Source: Gemmata obscuriglobus
Lineage (GTDB): Bacteria; Planctomycetota; Planctomycetia; Gemmatales; Gemmataceae
Reading direction: 5' to 3'
Length of the DNA stretch: 32,000 bases
NCBI RefSeq assembly: GCF_008065095.1
Contig: NZ_CP042911.1
Span: 4,980,001-5,012,000, forward strand
Below are positions 10,747-19,283 of this stretch, one piece after another. The notes below the pieces were generated by a model, which saw only the letters and a program-made list of their open reading frames with translations, had not been told where the DNA came from and did not search any database. Within the stretch, counting starts at the first letter, position 1; each line of letters begins with the position of its first letter. Made by a program: the position numbers and the translations under genes.

Positions 10747-10910
10747 GCACAGGGCTCCCGCCCTGTGCTACGGCCGCCGGCCCCTCCGGGGCGGGAAGCA
10801 AGTTAATGGGCAAAAGGTTGCGTCTCTTTTACCTTTTGACTTTTCTCTTTTGCATTGGTTTGGCACCCCGGAGGGGTCGCCGGACGTAGCACAGGGCGGA
10901 AGCCCTGTGC
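10747..10910. repeat. MITE-like nested palindromic element (164 bp, 45-bp terminal inverted repeats)
   Basis: 10747-10791 and the reverse complement of 10866-10910 match at 41 of 45 positions. Each arm also contains its own 9-bp hairpin, gcacagggc/gccctgtgc. The 74-bp core is visibly AT-rich. Confidence 0.5.
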
Positions 10911-10970
10911 GGGAGTTCGGTACAGGACCGCCGAAGATCGATCGGACCGCCCCGCCCTTCAGAGAACGAC

Positions 10971-13900
10971 ATGATTTCGCAGTTTTTCGTCGATCGGCCG
11001 ATCTTCGCGAACGTGATCGCCGTCATCACCGTACTGTTCGGGGTGGTGGCCCTTTCCCGGCTGCCGGTGGAAGAGTACCCGTCGATCACCCCGCCCACGG
11101 TGCAGGTGACAGCCGCGTACCCCGGGGCCAACGCACGGGTGGTAGCCGACACGGTCGCCGCGCCGATCGAGCAGCAGGTGAACGGCGTGGAGAACATGCT
11201 CTACATGTCCTCCACGTCGTCCTCGGACGGGGCCTACGCGCTCACCATCACGTTCAAAATCGGGACCAACCTGGACGACGCCCAGGTGCAGGTCCAGAAC
11301 CGCCTCGCCGCCGCCGAACCGGTGCTCCCGGAGGACGTGCGGCGGCAGGGGGTCAAGGCCGAGAAGCAGTCGTCGAGCATCATCCTCGTCGTCTCGCTGA
11401 CCGACCCCACCGGGGCGCACGACAGCCTCTTCCTGTCGAACTACGCGACCCTCCGGCTGCGGGACGAGTTGAGCCGGGTCGAAGGGGTCGGGACGGTGAC
11501 GGTGGTCGGGGCCGGCTCGTACTCGATGCGGGTGTGGCTCGACCCGGACAAGCTCGCCGCCCGGCAGCTCACCACCCAGGACGTGTCCGCGGCCCTCGCC
11601 CGGCAGAACGTGCAGGTGGCCGCCGGGCAGATCGGGCAGTCGCCCGCCGAACCCGGGCAGCGGTTCCAGATGACCGTCACCACCCTGGGCCGGCTGTCGG
11701 ACCCGCGGCAGTTCGAGGAGATCATCCTCAAGAGCGGCGAGGCCGGTCAGCTCGTGTACCTGCGGGACGTGGCCCGGGTCGAGCTGGGCGCCCAGAACTA
11801 CGACATGTTCGCCGTGCAGGCCGGGCGCGAGTCGGCGTTCCTGATCGTGTACCAGCTCCCCGGCTCCAACGCGATCGAGGTGGCCAAAGGCGTGCGGGCG
11901 GCGATGGAGAAGGTGAAGCCGAGCCTGCCCGAGGGCGTCGAGTACGCGATCCCGTTCGACACCACCAAGTTCGTCGACGCGGCCATCTCGTCGGTGTACC
12001 ACACGCTCATCGAGGCCGGCGTGCTGGTGCTGATCGTCATCATGGTGTTCCTCCAGAACTGGCGCGCCCTGCTGGTGCCGGCGACGACGGTGCCAGTCAC
12101 CATCATCGGCGCGTTCGCGTTCATGGCGCTGCTCGGGTTCTCGATCAACCTGCTCACGCTGTTCGGGCTGGTGCTGGCGATCGGGATCGTGGTGGACGAC
12201 GCCATCGTGATCGTGGAGAACGCCAGCCACCACATCGAGAAGGGGCTCGCGCCGCGCGAGGCGACGATCCGCGCCATGAGCGAGGTGACCGGCCCCATCA
12301 TCTCGATCACGCTGGTGCTGATGGCGGTGTTCGTCCCGACCGCGTTCCTGGGCGGCATCTCGGGCCAGATGTACCGGCAGTTCGCGCTGACCATTGCGGC
12401 CACGGCCCTCATCAGCGCGTTGAACGCCCTCACGCTGAAGCCCGCCCAGTGCGCCGCGTGGCTGCGGCCGCACACCGGGCGGAACCTGTTCACCCGGGCG
12501 TTCGACTTCTTCTACCGGCCGCTCGAAGCGGCGTACTCGTGGTCCGTCCGTCAGCTCCTCAAGGTCTGGTGGGCGGTGCTGATCGTGTTCCTGGGACTGA
12601 CGGCCGGGACCGGGTGGTGGTACTCCAAGACCCCGACCGGGTTCCTGCCGCAAGAGGACCAGGGGTGGGTGATCGTGGCCGTGCAGCTCCCGGATTCCGC
12701 CTCGCTGAGCCGCACGAAAGATGTCACGGACAAGATGAACCAGATCCTGGCCGCGACCCCGGGGCTGGACTCCTGGGTGGTGCTGGGCGGCATGTCGCTG
12801 CTAGAGGGGACCAACGCGCCGAACGCGGCCACGGCGTTCATTTCGTTCAAGGACTGGTCTGAGAGAAAGTCGCCCGAGCTGATGCAACAGGCGCTCGTGG
12901 GGCGGCTCATGGGTTCGCTGAACTCCATCCAGGAGCCGTTCGTGCTAGTGCTCGTGCCGCCGCCGATCATGGGCCTGGGCGTGGCGGGCGGGTTCCAAAT
13001 GCAGATCGAGGACCGCGAGGGCGTGGGGCCGGACGTGCTCCAAGAGCGCACCCAGGCGATCGTTGCGGCCGCGCAACGCCGCCCCGAGATCGGGATGGCC
13101 GCGAGCCAGTTCCGGGCCGGCGTGCCGCAAATCTACCTGAACATCGACCGGGCCAAGGCCGAGAAGATGGGGGTGATGGTCAGCGACATCTTCGCTACGC
13201 TCCAGGCGAACCTCGGGTCGGTGTACGTCAACGACTTCAACAAGTTCGACCGGACGTACCAGGTGCGCATCCAGGCCGACGCGCGGTTCCGCGGCGACCC
13301 CGGGTTGATCCGCAAGCTAGAAGTCCGGAACCGCCAGAACGGCAAGGTCCCGCTGTCCACGCTGCTGACCCCGGAGACCCGGACCGGGCCGCAGTCGATC
13401 ACCCGGTACAACCTGTACCAGACGGCCACGATCAACGGTGCCGCGGGACCGGGGGTGAGTTCCGGCGACGCGCTCAAGGCGATGGAAGAGGTGGCCGGCC
13501 AGGAACTGCCCCGGTCGATGGGGTTCGACTGGACGGCGGTGTCGTTCCAGGAGCGCCGGACGGGCGGTGCGATGTTCACCCTGTTGGGCCTGCCGATCAC
13601 CGAGGCGATGCTCGTGTTCGGGTTGGCCGTGTTCCTCGTGTACCTGGTGCTGGCGGCTCAGTACGAGAGTTGGCTGCTGCCGTTCGCGGTCATCCTGGTG
13701 GTCCCGCTCGGGATTCTGGGGGTGGTCGCGGGGATCAACGCGCGCGGGATGGACAACAACGTGTACACCCAGATCGGGGTGGTGCTCATCATTGCGCTTG
13801 CGAGCAAGAACGCGATCCTGATCGTCGAGTTCGCGCGGGAACTGCGGCTCGCGGGCCGCTCGGTGCGAGAGGCGGCCGTGGAGGCCAGCCGGCTGCGGTT

Positions 13901-14237
13901 CCGGCCGATCCTGATGACCTCCATCGCGTTCATCCTCGGCGTGGTGCCGCTGGTGATCGCGGAAGGGGCCGGGGCGGCGGGTCGGCAATCGCTCGGGACC
14001 GCCGTCTTCGGCGGGATGGTCACGTCAACGGTCCTCGCGGTGTTCTTCGTCCCGGCGTTCTATGTTGCCATCCAGTCGCTGATCGAACTGATCAGCGGCC
14101 CGCCGAAGTCGCACGGCGAACACCTCGCCGTTGCGGCGGCCGAGCTGCCGATCGCCGAACCGGTGCCGGAGACGCCGGCCGAAGGAACCAGCGATCCCGC
14201 TACGGCAACGAATCCGGATGCTGCGAAGCACCCGTGA
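10971..14237 (+). CDS. RND multidrug efflux transporter, AcrB/MexB (HAE1) family
   Basis: 1088 aa beginning MISQFFVDRPIFANVIAVI, with typical periplasmic loops and twelve hydrophobic segments (e.g. VVDDAIVIVEN, ILMTSIAFILGVVPL). Confidence 0.95.
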   Translation: MISQFFVDRPIFANVIAVITVLFGVVALSRLPVEEYPSITPPTVQVTAAYPGANARVVADTVAAPIEQQVNGVENMLYMSSTSSSDGAYALTITFKIGTNLDDAQVQVQNRLAAAEPVLPEDVRRQGVKAEKQSSSIILVVSLTDPTGAHDSLFLSNYATLRLRDELSRVEGVGTVTVVGAGSYSMRVWLDPDKLAARQLTTQDVSAALARQNVQVAAGQIGQSPAEPGQRFQMTVTTLGRLSDPRQFEEIILKSGEAGQLVYLRDVARVELGAQNYDMFAVQAGRESAFLIVYQLPGSNAIEVAKGVRAAMEKVKPSLPEGVEYAIPFDTTKFVDAAISSVYHTLIEAGVLVLIVIMVFLQNWRALLVPATTVPVTIIGAFAFMALLGFSINLLTLFGLVLAIGIVVDDAIVIVENASHHIEKGLAPREATIRAMSEVTGPIISITLVLMAVFVPTAFLGGISGQMYRQFALTIAATALISALNALTLKPAQCAAWLRPHTGRNLFTRAFDFFYRPLEAAYSWSVRQLLKVWWAVLIVFLGLTAGTGWWYSKTPTGFLPQEDQGWVIVAVQLPDSASLSRTKDVTDKMNQILAATPGLDSWVVLGGMSLLEGTNAPNAATAFISFKDWSERKSPELMQQALVGRLMGSLNSIQEPFVLVLVPPPIMGLGVAGGFQMQIEDREGVGPDVLQERTQAIVAAAQRRPEIGMAASQFRAGVPQIYLNIDRAKAEKMGVMVSDIFATLQANLGSVYVNDFNKFDRTYQVRIQADARFRGDPGLIRKLEVRNRQNGKVPLSTLLTPETRTGPQSITRYNLYQTATINGAAGPGVSSGDALKAMEEVAGQELPRSMGFDWTAVSFQERRTGGAMFTLLGLPITEAMLVFGLAVFLVYLVLAAQYESWLLPFAVILVVPLGILGVVAGINARGMDNNVYTQIGVVLIIALASKNAILIVEFARELRLAGRSVREAAVEASRLRFRPILMTSIAFILGVVPLVIAEGAGAAGRQSLGTAVFGGMVTSTVLAVFFVPAFYVAIQSLIELISGPPKSHGEHLAVAAAELPIAEPVPETPAEGTSDPATATNPDAAKHP

Positions 14238-14262
14238 GCCGATATCAGTAACCTCCAGAAGT

Positions 14263-14292
14263 CCCGTCGGCGGTCGCTGTACCGCCGACGGG
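14263..14292 (+). terminator. hairpin after the RND gene (possible terminator)
   Basis: Perfect 12-bp stem cccgtcggcggt / accgccgacggg with a 6-nt loop, 25 nt after the stop. It is followed by ttccg, a weak U-tract. Confidence 0.5.
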
Positions 14293-14485
14293 TTCCGAAA
14301 ACTGGAGTGGCTTCGTCCCTATGCAACTCCTCCTCGTCCACGGATTGGGCCGCACGCCGCTCTCGCTTTTCGGTCTCGGTGTGGCGCTCCGGAACGCCGG
14401 GCATCACGTCCGCTACTTCGGCTATTCCCCCACGCTTGAGCCGCTCGCGCGAATCCTCGGCCGCCTTCGCTCGCGTCTGAGCAAG

Positions 14486-15444
14486 TTAGTCTCTTTTTAA
14501 GTTCATTGTAGCGGTATTGATTCCGTATCCGCAGTGCCGGATGTACCGTCGGCACTCGTCGGGTGTGAACGCATCCACCGCTTTTCCCAAGAAGTCCCAT
14601 AGGCCGTCGATGGTTCGCTTCCCGGCGGCTCGGAGCAACCCCTTGAGTTTGGAGAACGCCAACTCGATGGGGTTCAGGTCGGGGCTGTACGGCGGTAGGA
14701 GCAGCACCTGGCCGCCCGCGGCCTCGATCGCCTGCTTGGCCGCGACCCGCTTGTGGCAGATCAGGTTGTCCATCACCACCACATCACCGGGCCGGAGCGT
14801 GGGCACCAAGATCGGCTTCACGTAGGCCACGAACAGGTCCCCGGTCATGGCCCCATCGATCACCATCGGGGCCGTCAGCCCATCGGCCCGTAGGGCCGCC
14901 ACAAACGTCGTCGTTTTCCAGTGCCCGTGCGGAACCGGGCACACCAGCCGCTCCCCTCTGGGGCTCCGGCCATAACGCCGGGTCATGTTCGTGCGGGCCC
15001 ACGTCTCGTCGATGAACACCACCTTGTCCGGGTCCAATGCCGGTTGGGTCGCCTTCCAATCGGCCCGCTTCTGCTTCACGTCCGGGCGCTCCTGCTCGGA
15101 CGCCCGCTGGACTTTTTTTTCACCGTCAGGCCGAGCTTGGCGACGGCTCGCCACAGGGTCCCGAGGGCGACCGCAACGCCCAACTTCACCTTGAGCTCTT
15201 CGAGGGTCATGTCGGGCGTTGCAGCGATGACCTCGCGGATCCGCTCGGCCTGGGTGTCGAGTTGGGGCACCCGGTTGTTGCGGCACGACCCGGGCTCGAT
15301 GCGCCCGTCCTCCCGACGCCGCTGCTTGAGACGGCGTACCCACGACGCGCTCACCTTGTACCTCTCCGCGACGGCCGTGGTTCCCATCCCCGCATCACAG
15401 TCCTCAAGCACCCGCTTCCGCAAGTCCATCGACAGCGCGTTCAT
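14486..15444 (-). CDS. IS630-family DDE transposase (two frames joined by a putative -1 frameshift at an A8 run)
   Basis: The upstream frame is an HTH region (MNALSMDLRKRVLEDCDAGMGTTAVAERYKVSASWVRRL...LTVKKK). The downstream frame reads VQRASEQERPDVKQKRADW...VVFIDETW...VVVMDNLICHK...YSPDLNPIELAFSKLK, a DD(35)E-type triad. The slippery run is at 15113-15120. Confidence 0.85.
14489..14505. repeat. IS630-family terminal inverted repeat (left in window coordinates)
   Basis: gtctctttttaagttca is the exact reverse complement of 15501-15517. Confidence 0.85.
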
Positions 15445-15500
15445 GGCATCCCCCGGTCGGATACACCCCCTATAATCGATTCCAAACTTCAGCGCTACGC

Positions 15501-15517
15501 TGAACTTAAAAAGAGAC
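15501..15517. repeat. IS630-family terminal inverted repeat (right in window coordinates)
   Basis: tgaacttaaaaagagac is the exact reverse complement of 14489-14505. Confidence 0.85.
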
Positions 15518-15993
15518 TAGCCGTGCGCGGGCACCCGGTCGGCCTCGTGGGGCACTCGCTCGGAGGGATATTACTCCGCACAGCGATTCCTGCCGTGCCG
15601 GGGCTCCGGGTCCACCACTTCGCGACGCTCGGAACCCCAACCAGCGTTCCGCGAATGGCCGTCCTCGCCTGGAATTGGGTGCCGCCGTTCCGTCTCTGGA
15701 CGCGGGATTGTGGGAGGTTCCTCACATCCCATCAGGCGTTCGCCGACCTGCCACCGATTACCGTGCCGTTCACGCCGATCGCGGGCACGGCCGGGCCATG
15801 TGGCCGCTACAGCCCGTTTCAGAACGACCCGAACGACGGCGTGGTTTCGGTTTCGGAAGCCGAACTGCCCGACCACACCCTGACGCTGTTTCCGGCTGTT
15901 CACACCTGGATCATGGACCATCGACCCTTACAAACCTATCTGACCGAATTATTTACGTCTTGACGGTTCGCGCGTCGGCGCGGCTCGGCCCGG

Positions 15994-16398
15994 TCAGCGC
16001 CGACCGACCTCGGCGAGCCACACGTACTCGCGTTCGATCAGATCGCGAAAGATCTCGTACTGGGAGCCGAGCTTGGCCTCGGCCCGCGCCGCCGGCTTCC
16101 ACTCCAGGTTCCACGTCTTGATGACGGGTTTGGCCTTCCCGATCGCGCGGTTCAGTTTGAGTTGAAACCCCGGGGCCTTCCCTTTTGCATCGAGCGGGAG
16201 AGAAAACGTCATGGCTCTCCCCGGGGGCAGCGCCTTGACCGTTTCCCATTTGCCCTCGCCCCAACGGTAGTCAAAGGTGAGCGTGAGGTCCGGCGTCGGA
16301 TTGTTGACGGTGACCACCGCGAACTTGTTGTCCGCCGCGGTCGCGGTCGTGGTGGTCAAAGCGGCGCAGAGCGCGACAGCCGACAGGGCGCGGAGCAT
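15994..16398 (-). CDS. hypothetical secreted protein
   Basis: Signal-peptide-like N-terminus MLRALSAVALCAALTTTTATAADN, then a beta-rich-looking sequence. An alternative GTG start lies at 16428. No family recognised. Confidence 0.55.
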   Translation of the reverse strand: MLRALSAVALCAALTTTTATAADNKFAVVTVNNPTPDLTLTFDYRWGEGKWETVKALPPGRAMTFSLPLDAKGKAPGFQLKLNRAIGKAKPVIKTWNLEWKPAARAEAKLGSQYEIFRDLIEREYVWLAEVGRR

Positions 16399-16650
16399 GA
16401 GGCATCTCGTGTGGCAACGGTCTGACACCCGACCCTAGCTCACAACACGCTCCGTGCAACGGTGGCGTGACGATGCCGCCCGGTCGCTTCGCCCACAGGT
16501 CCGTCTTTGCTCGCGGCCGAGCAGCAACAATCATACGTTCGCAATAAATGCGACCACGCTCCAGAGCCGGACCGCCGCTATCATGAGGTGATCGGAAAGC
16601 CATCGTTGCGGCGGGGGAGCCACTGGCCCCTTACCCTGAGGACCTTCCAT

Positions 16651-17082
16651 ATGATCGACCGAAATCTCGCAGCCAGCCTCTTCGTCCTCGGTGTGTGCTG
16701 CTGTTCGCCGATCGTCGGCCGATCCGCCAATCAGGCCGAGCCCGGTGGCGTGACGATCGAGTTCCAGGACACCGCCGCTCTGCCGAACGTCAAGTACTCA
16801 CTGAAAGTGGCAATCGAATTTGCTGACGGAAGAAAGCTGGTAGCCGTCAAACTCGAATTACCCGCAGGCTCGACCGGCACGCACCTGAGTGCCAGCCTCG
16901 CCGGATCGTTGAAGGCTCAAGGCGGGTGGGAATGCACGCTCAAAGACAACAAGGTGGTGCTGACCACCTGGAAGGATCAAAAGACCGGGATCGTGCACAC
17001 TGTCAAGAACATCATCTTCACATCGGACGACCTTCCAAAGACTAGTATGCCCAAGGTAACACGTCCGGGTCTCAAGGGCTGA
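16651..17082 (+). CDS. hypothetical secreted protein
   Basis: The ATG at 16651 is preceded by GAGGA. The hydrophobic N-terminus is MIDRNLAASLFVLGVCCCSPIVG. The tracked 16507 start adds a non-signal leader. No family recognised. Confidence 0.55.
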   Translation: MIDRNLAASLFVLGVCCCSPIVGRSANQAEPGGVTIEFQDTAALPNVKYSLKVAIEFADGRKLVAVKLELPAGSTGTHLSASLAGSLKAQGGWECTLKDNKVVLTTWKDQKTGIVHTVKNIIFTSDDLPKTSMPKVTRPGLKG

Positions 17083-17279
17083 TGCCTTCAAGCCCGCTCG
17101 ACACCCCTACTGCTCCGGGCGGCCTTGATTCGGCACCGCATCTCCCTCGGCTTTGGAAGTGCAACTCCCCGACCGCGCTCGGCCACACGTTTCTGATGGG
17201 CGCAGTCACTGTTCGGTCCCGGATAACGGCTATCATGAGGAGTGAGCCCTCCTCTGCACCCGCGATCCGGTGAACCGTC

Positions 17280-17663
17280 ATGCCATCCAACGCGAAGAAC
17301 GTCCTCGGCGGCCCGCTCCAGACTTGCTCCACGAACCCGCTCACCGGGTTCTACCGCGACGGCTGCTGCAACACCGGCCCCGACGACGAAGGGCTCCACA
17401 CCATCTGCTGTCAAGTCACCGCCGAGTTCCTGGCCCACCAGCGGTCGATCGGTAATGACCTGAGCACCCCGTTCCCGATGTACGGGTTCCCCGGCCTGCG
17501 CCCGGGCGACCGGTGGTGCGTGTGCATCACCCGCTGGAAGCAGTCCCTCGACGCCGGCGTCGCCTGCCCGGTCGTTCTGGAGGCGACCCACATGCACGCC
17601 TTGGAGTTCGTGGACCTCGAAGACCTCCAACGGCACGCGGTTAGCATTGAGCCGAAAGCGTAA
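17280..17663 (+). CDS. DUF2237 family protein
   Basis: NVLGGPLQTCSTNPLTGFYRDGCCNTGPDDEGLHTICCQVTAEFL matches the conserved Cys-rich N-terminal pattern of DUF2237 proteins, recalled from memory. Confidence 0.8.
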   Translation: MPSNAKNVLGGPLQTCSTNPLTGFYRDGCCNTGPDDEGLHTICCQVTAEFLAHQRSIGNDLSTPFPMYGFPGLRPGDRWCVCITRWKQSLDAGVACPVVLEATHMHALEFVDLEDLQRHAVSIEPKA

Positions 17664-17689
17664 GATAAAACCATTTACGAGAGCTTACG

Positions 17690-18586
17690 ATGCGACTCGA
17701 TGACGCACCGGAAAGTGAGAATGTTGACGACCGCCGCGGCATGGGCGGGAAGTTGGCCGTCGGCGGCGGACTCGGCGGGTTGGTGATCGTTGTCCTGGGG
17801 TTGCTGTTCGGCGTCGACTTGCGCGGGAAACTGCCCGTCGCCCCGCCGAATAACGACGGGGGCGAAAGTCGCGGCGCGGCGCCGAATGACGGGTACAAAC
17901 AGTTCGCCGGCAAGATTCTGGGGATGACCGAAGAGGTTTGGGCGGAGCAGTTCAAGACGAACGGGTACAAGTCTTACAAGAAGCCCAAAATGGTGCTGTT
18001 CTCCCGGGGAGTTCGCACGGGTTGCGGCGACGCACCCTCTTCGGTCGGCCCGTTTTACTGCCCGGCTGACGAAACGGTCTACCTCGACCCTACCTTCTTT
18101 GACGAACTGGAGCAAAAGCTCAAAGGTTCAAAGGCCGAATTCTCGCAGGCATACGTGGTCGGGCACGAGGTCGGGCACCACGTCCAACACCTTCTGGGGT
18201 ACTCCCGCCGGACGGACGAGATGCGGAAGACGAAGCGCGAGAACGAATACTCCATCCGCCTCGAACTCCAGGCCGACTACCTGGCAGGGGTGTGGTCCAA
18301 TCACGCGGACAAGAAGTACAAGATTCTGCAACGGGGCGACGTGGAAGAGGCGCTAAAAACCGCGCGATCAATCGGCGACAACCGAATCCAGGAGAAGATG
18401 CGAGGGCGCGTCCACCCCGAGAGCTTCAACCACGGCACCGACCGCCAGCGGTACGCCGCGTTCTCCGACGGCCTCAAGACGGGCGACGCGAGCAAGAAGA
18501 AGCTCGACCTGTACTTCGACGACGAACAAACGCCGTTCGACGCCAGGGCGGGCGAATTGCGAAACCCGACACTGTTCGGAAGGTGA
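17690..18586 (+). CDS. ypfJ: YpfJ-family neutral zinc metallopeptidase
   Basis: N-terminal ESENVDDRRG, a single TM segment, GPFYCPADETVYLD, the HExxH site GHEVGHHVQ, LELQADYLAGVW and SFNHGTDRQR. It is colinear with E. coli YpfJ as recalled. Confidence 0.85.
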   Translation: MRLDDAPESENVDDRRGMGGKLAVGGGLGGLVIVVLGLLFGVDLRGKLPVAPPNNDGGESRGAAPNDGYKQFAGKILGMTEEVWAEQFKTNGYKSYKKPKMVLFSRGVRTGCGDAPSSVGPFYCPADETVYLDPTFFDELEQKLKGSKAEFSQAYVVGHEVGHHVQHLLGYSRRTDEMRKTKRENEYSIRLELQADYLAGVWSNHADKKYKILQRGDVEEALKTARSIGDNRIQEKMRGRVHPESFNHGTDRQRYAAFSDGLKTGDASKKKLDLYFDDEQTPFDARAGELRNPTLFGR

Positions 18587-18646
18587 CCGAATCGGACAAC
18601 CGATCCGCAACCCCGTCAAGTCCCGACAGCTTCCCGTGGCGGTATT

Positions 18647-18674
18647 GGCCCTTCCGATCTACATCGGCAGGGCC
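18647..18674. terminator. hairpin between convergent genes (possible bidirectional terminator)
   Basis: ggccct-t-ccgat-ctac-atcgg-c-agggcc gives 11 bp in two stacked stems, between the peptidase stop (18586) and the flavin reductase stop (18688). There is no clear U-tract. Confidence 0.3.
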
Positions 18675-18687
18675 ACTACAGCTTTGG

Positions 18688-19188
18688 TCAAAACGCATCC
18701 GGAAAAAGCGTCGTGCTGCCGTCAAGGGTGTCCGTCTCGGCGTAGATGAGGGGCCGAGACTCGGGCGCGAGAACGGCACCGCCGACCACGCGCCCGATGA
18801 CGAGTCGGTGGTCGCCGGCTTCGGTATCTCCGACCACCTGACAATCGAAGTAAGCGACGGCGGCGGTGAGTATTGGAGCGCCTGTCGCGCCGGCCCGCCA
18901 CGTCACCCCAGCCAATTTGTCGATGTCACGTCCCGATTGGGTGCCGAAGTGTCGGGCGAGATCCAACTGATCGCTTGGTAACACGCTCACCGCAAACGCT
19001 CGGCCGGTCCGGAGTAGCGGGTACGAGTGATGTCCGGGATTGACGGAAAGCGCCAGGAGCGGTGGCTGAAACGAGACCTGCATGACCCATGCGGCGGTGA
19101 AAACGTTGCAGCGCTCGCCGTCAGCGACCCCGATCGCATACACCCCGTTGGTGAGGTGACGGAACAGCCGACTCATTTCGGCGCTCAT
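18688..19188 (-). CDS. flavin reductase-like FMN-binding domain protein
   Basis: FRHLTNGVYAIGV..NVFTAAWVMQVSFQPPLLALSV...DHRLVIGRVV is the pattern of the split-barrel flavin reductase (HpaC-like) family. The ATG at 19188 with GGAAGG upstream is preferred, because the longer tracked start overlaps a terminator hairpin. Confidence 0.8.
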   Translation of the reverse strand: MSAEMSRLFRHLTNGVYAIGVADGERCNVFTAAWVMQVSFQPPLLALSVNPGHHSYPLLRTGRAFAVSVLPSDQLDLARHFGTQSGRDIDKLAGVTWRAGATGAPILTAAVAYFDCQVVGDTEAGDHRLVIGRVVGGAVLAPESRPLIYAETDTLDGSTTLFPDAF

Positions 19189-19233
19189 GAACCCTTCCGG
19201 AGTGCTTAATCGAATCGAAGTGCAGAAACGCAA

Positions 19234-19259
19234 GCGGCCGGAGCAAGCGCTCCGGCCGC
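19234..19259 (-). terminator. hairpin downstream of the DUF1501 gene
   Basis: Perfect 10-bp stem gcggccggag / ctccggccgc with a 6-nt loop. On the minus strand it is followed by ttgcgtttctgc. Confidence 0.45.
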
Positions 19260-19283
19260 TTCGCGTTGTGTCAACTCACCAAC

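Larger units (their letters stand above)
14489..15517 (-). mobile_element. IS630-family (Tc1/mariner superfamily) insertion sequence, 1029 bp
   Basis: 17-bp perfect terminal IRs (gtctctttttaagttca / tgaacttaaaaagagac) extend imperfectly inward to about 27 bp. They are flanked by a TA/TA duplication (14487-14488 and 15518-15519). The element encodes a two-frame DDE transposase. Confidence 0.88.
14321..15963 (+). pseudogene. small alpha/beta-fold hydrolase (lipase/esterase-like) interrupted by an IS630-family insertion
   Basis: The 5' part 14321-14488 encodes MQLLLVHGLGRTP...RLSKL. The 3' part 15520-15963 encodes AVRGHPVGLVGHSLGG...NDGVVSV...VHTWIM. Removing 14489-15519 joins them in frame into ~203 aa with an HG oxyanion motif, a GHSLG nucleophile elbow and Asp and His candidates. 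Confidence 0.8.

Noticed and set aside
10482-10889. 135-aa plus-strand ORF spanning the end of the MFP gene and the palindromic element
   Set aside because: It is off-frame with respect to the MFP gene, and its product is Arg/Gly-rich. Its 3' part is just the translated MITE-like element.
14319-15963. Tracked ORFs of 93 aa (14319..14600, minus) and 308 aa (15037..15963, plus)
   Set aside because: The 308-aa ORF is a chimera that reads antisense through the transposase gene and IS end before entering the true hydrolase 3' half at 15520. The 93-aa ORF is antisense to the hydrolase 5' half and the IS end.
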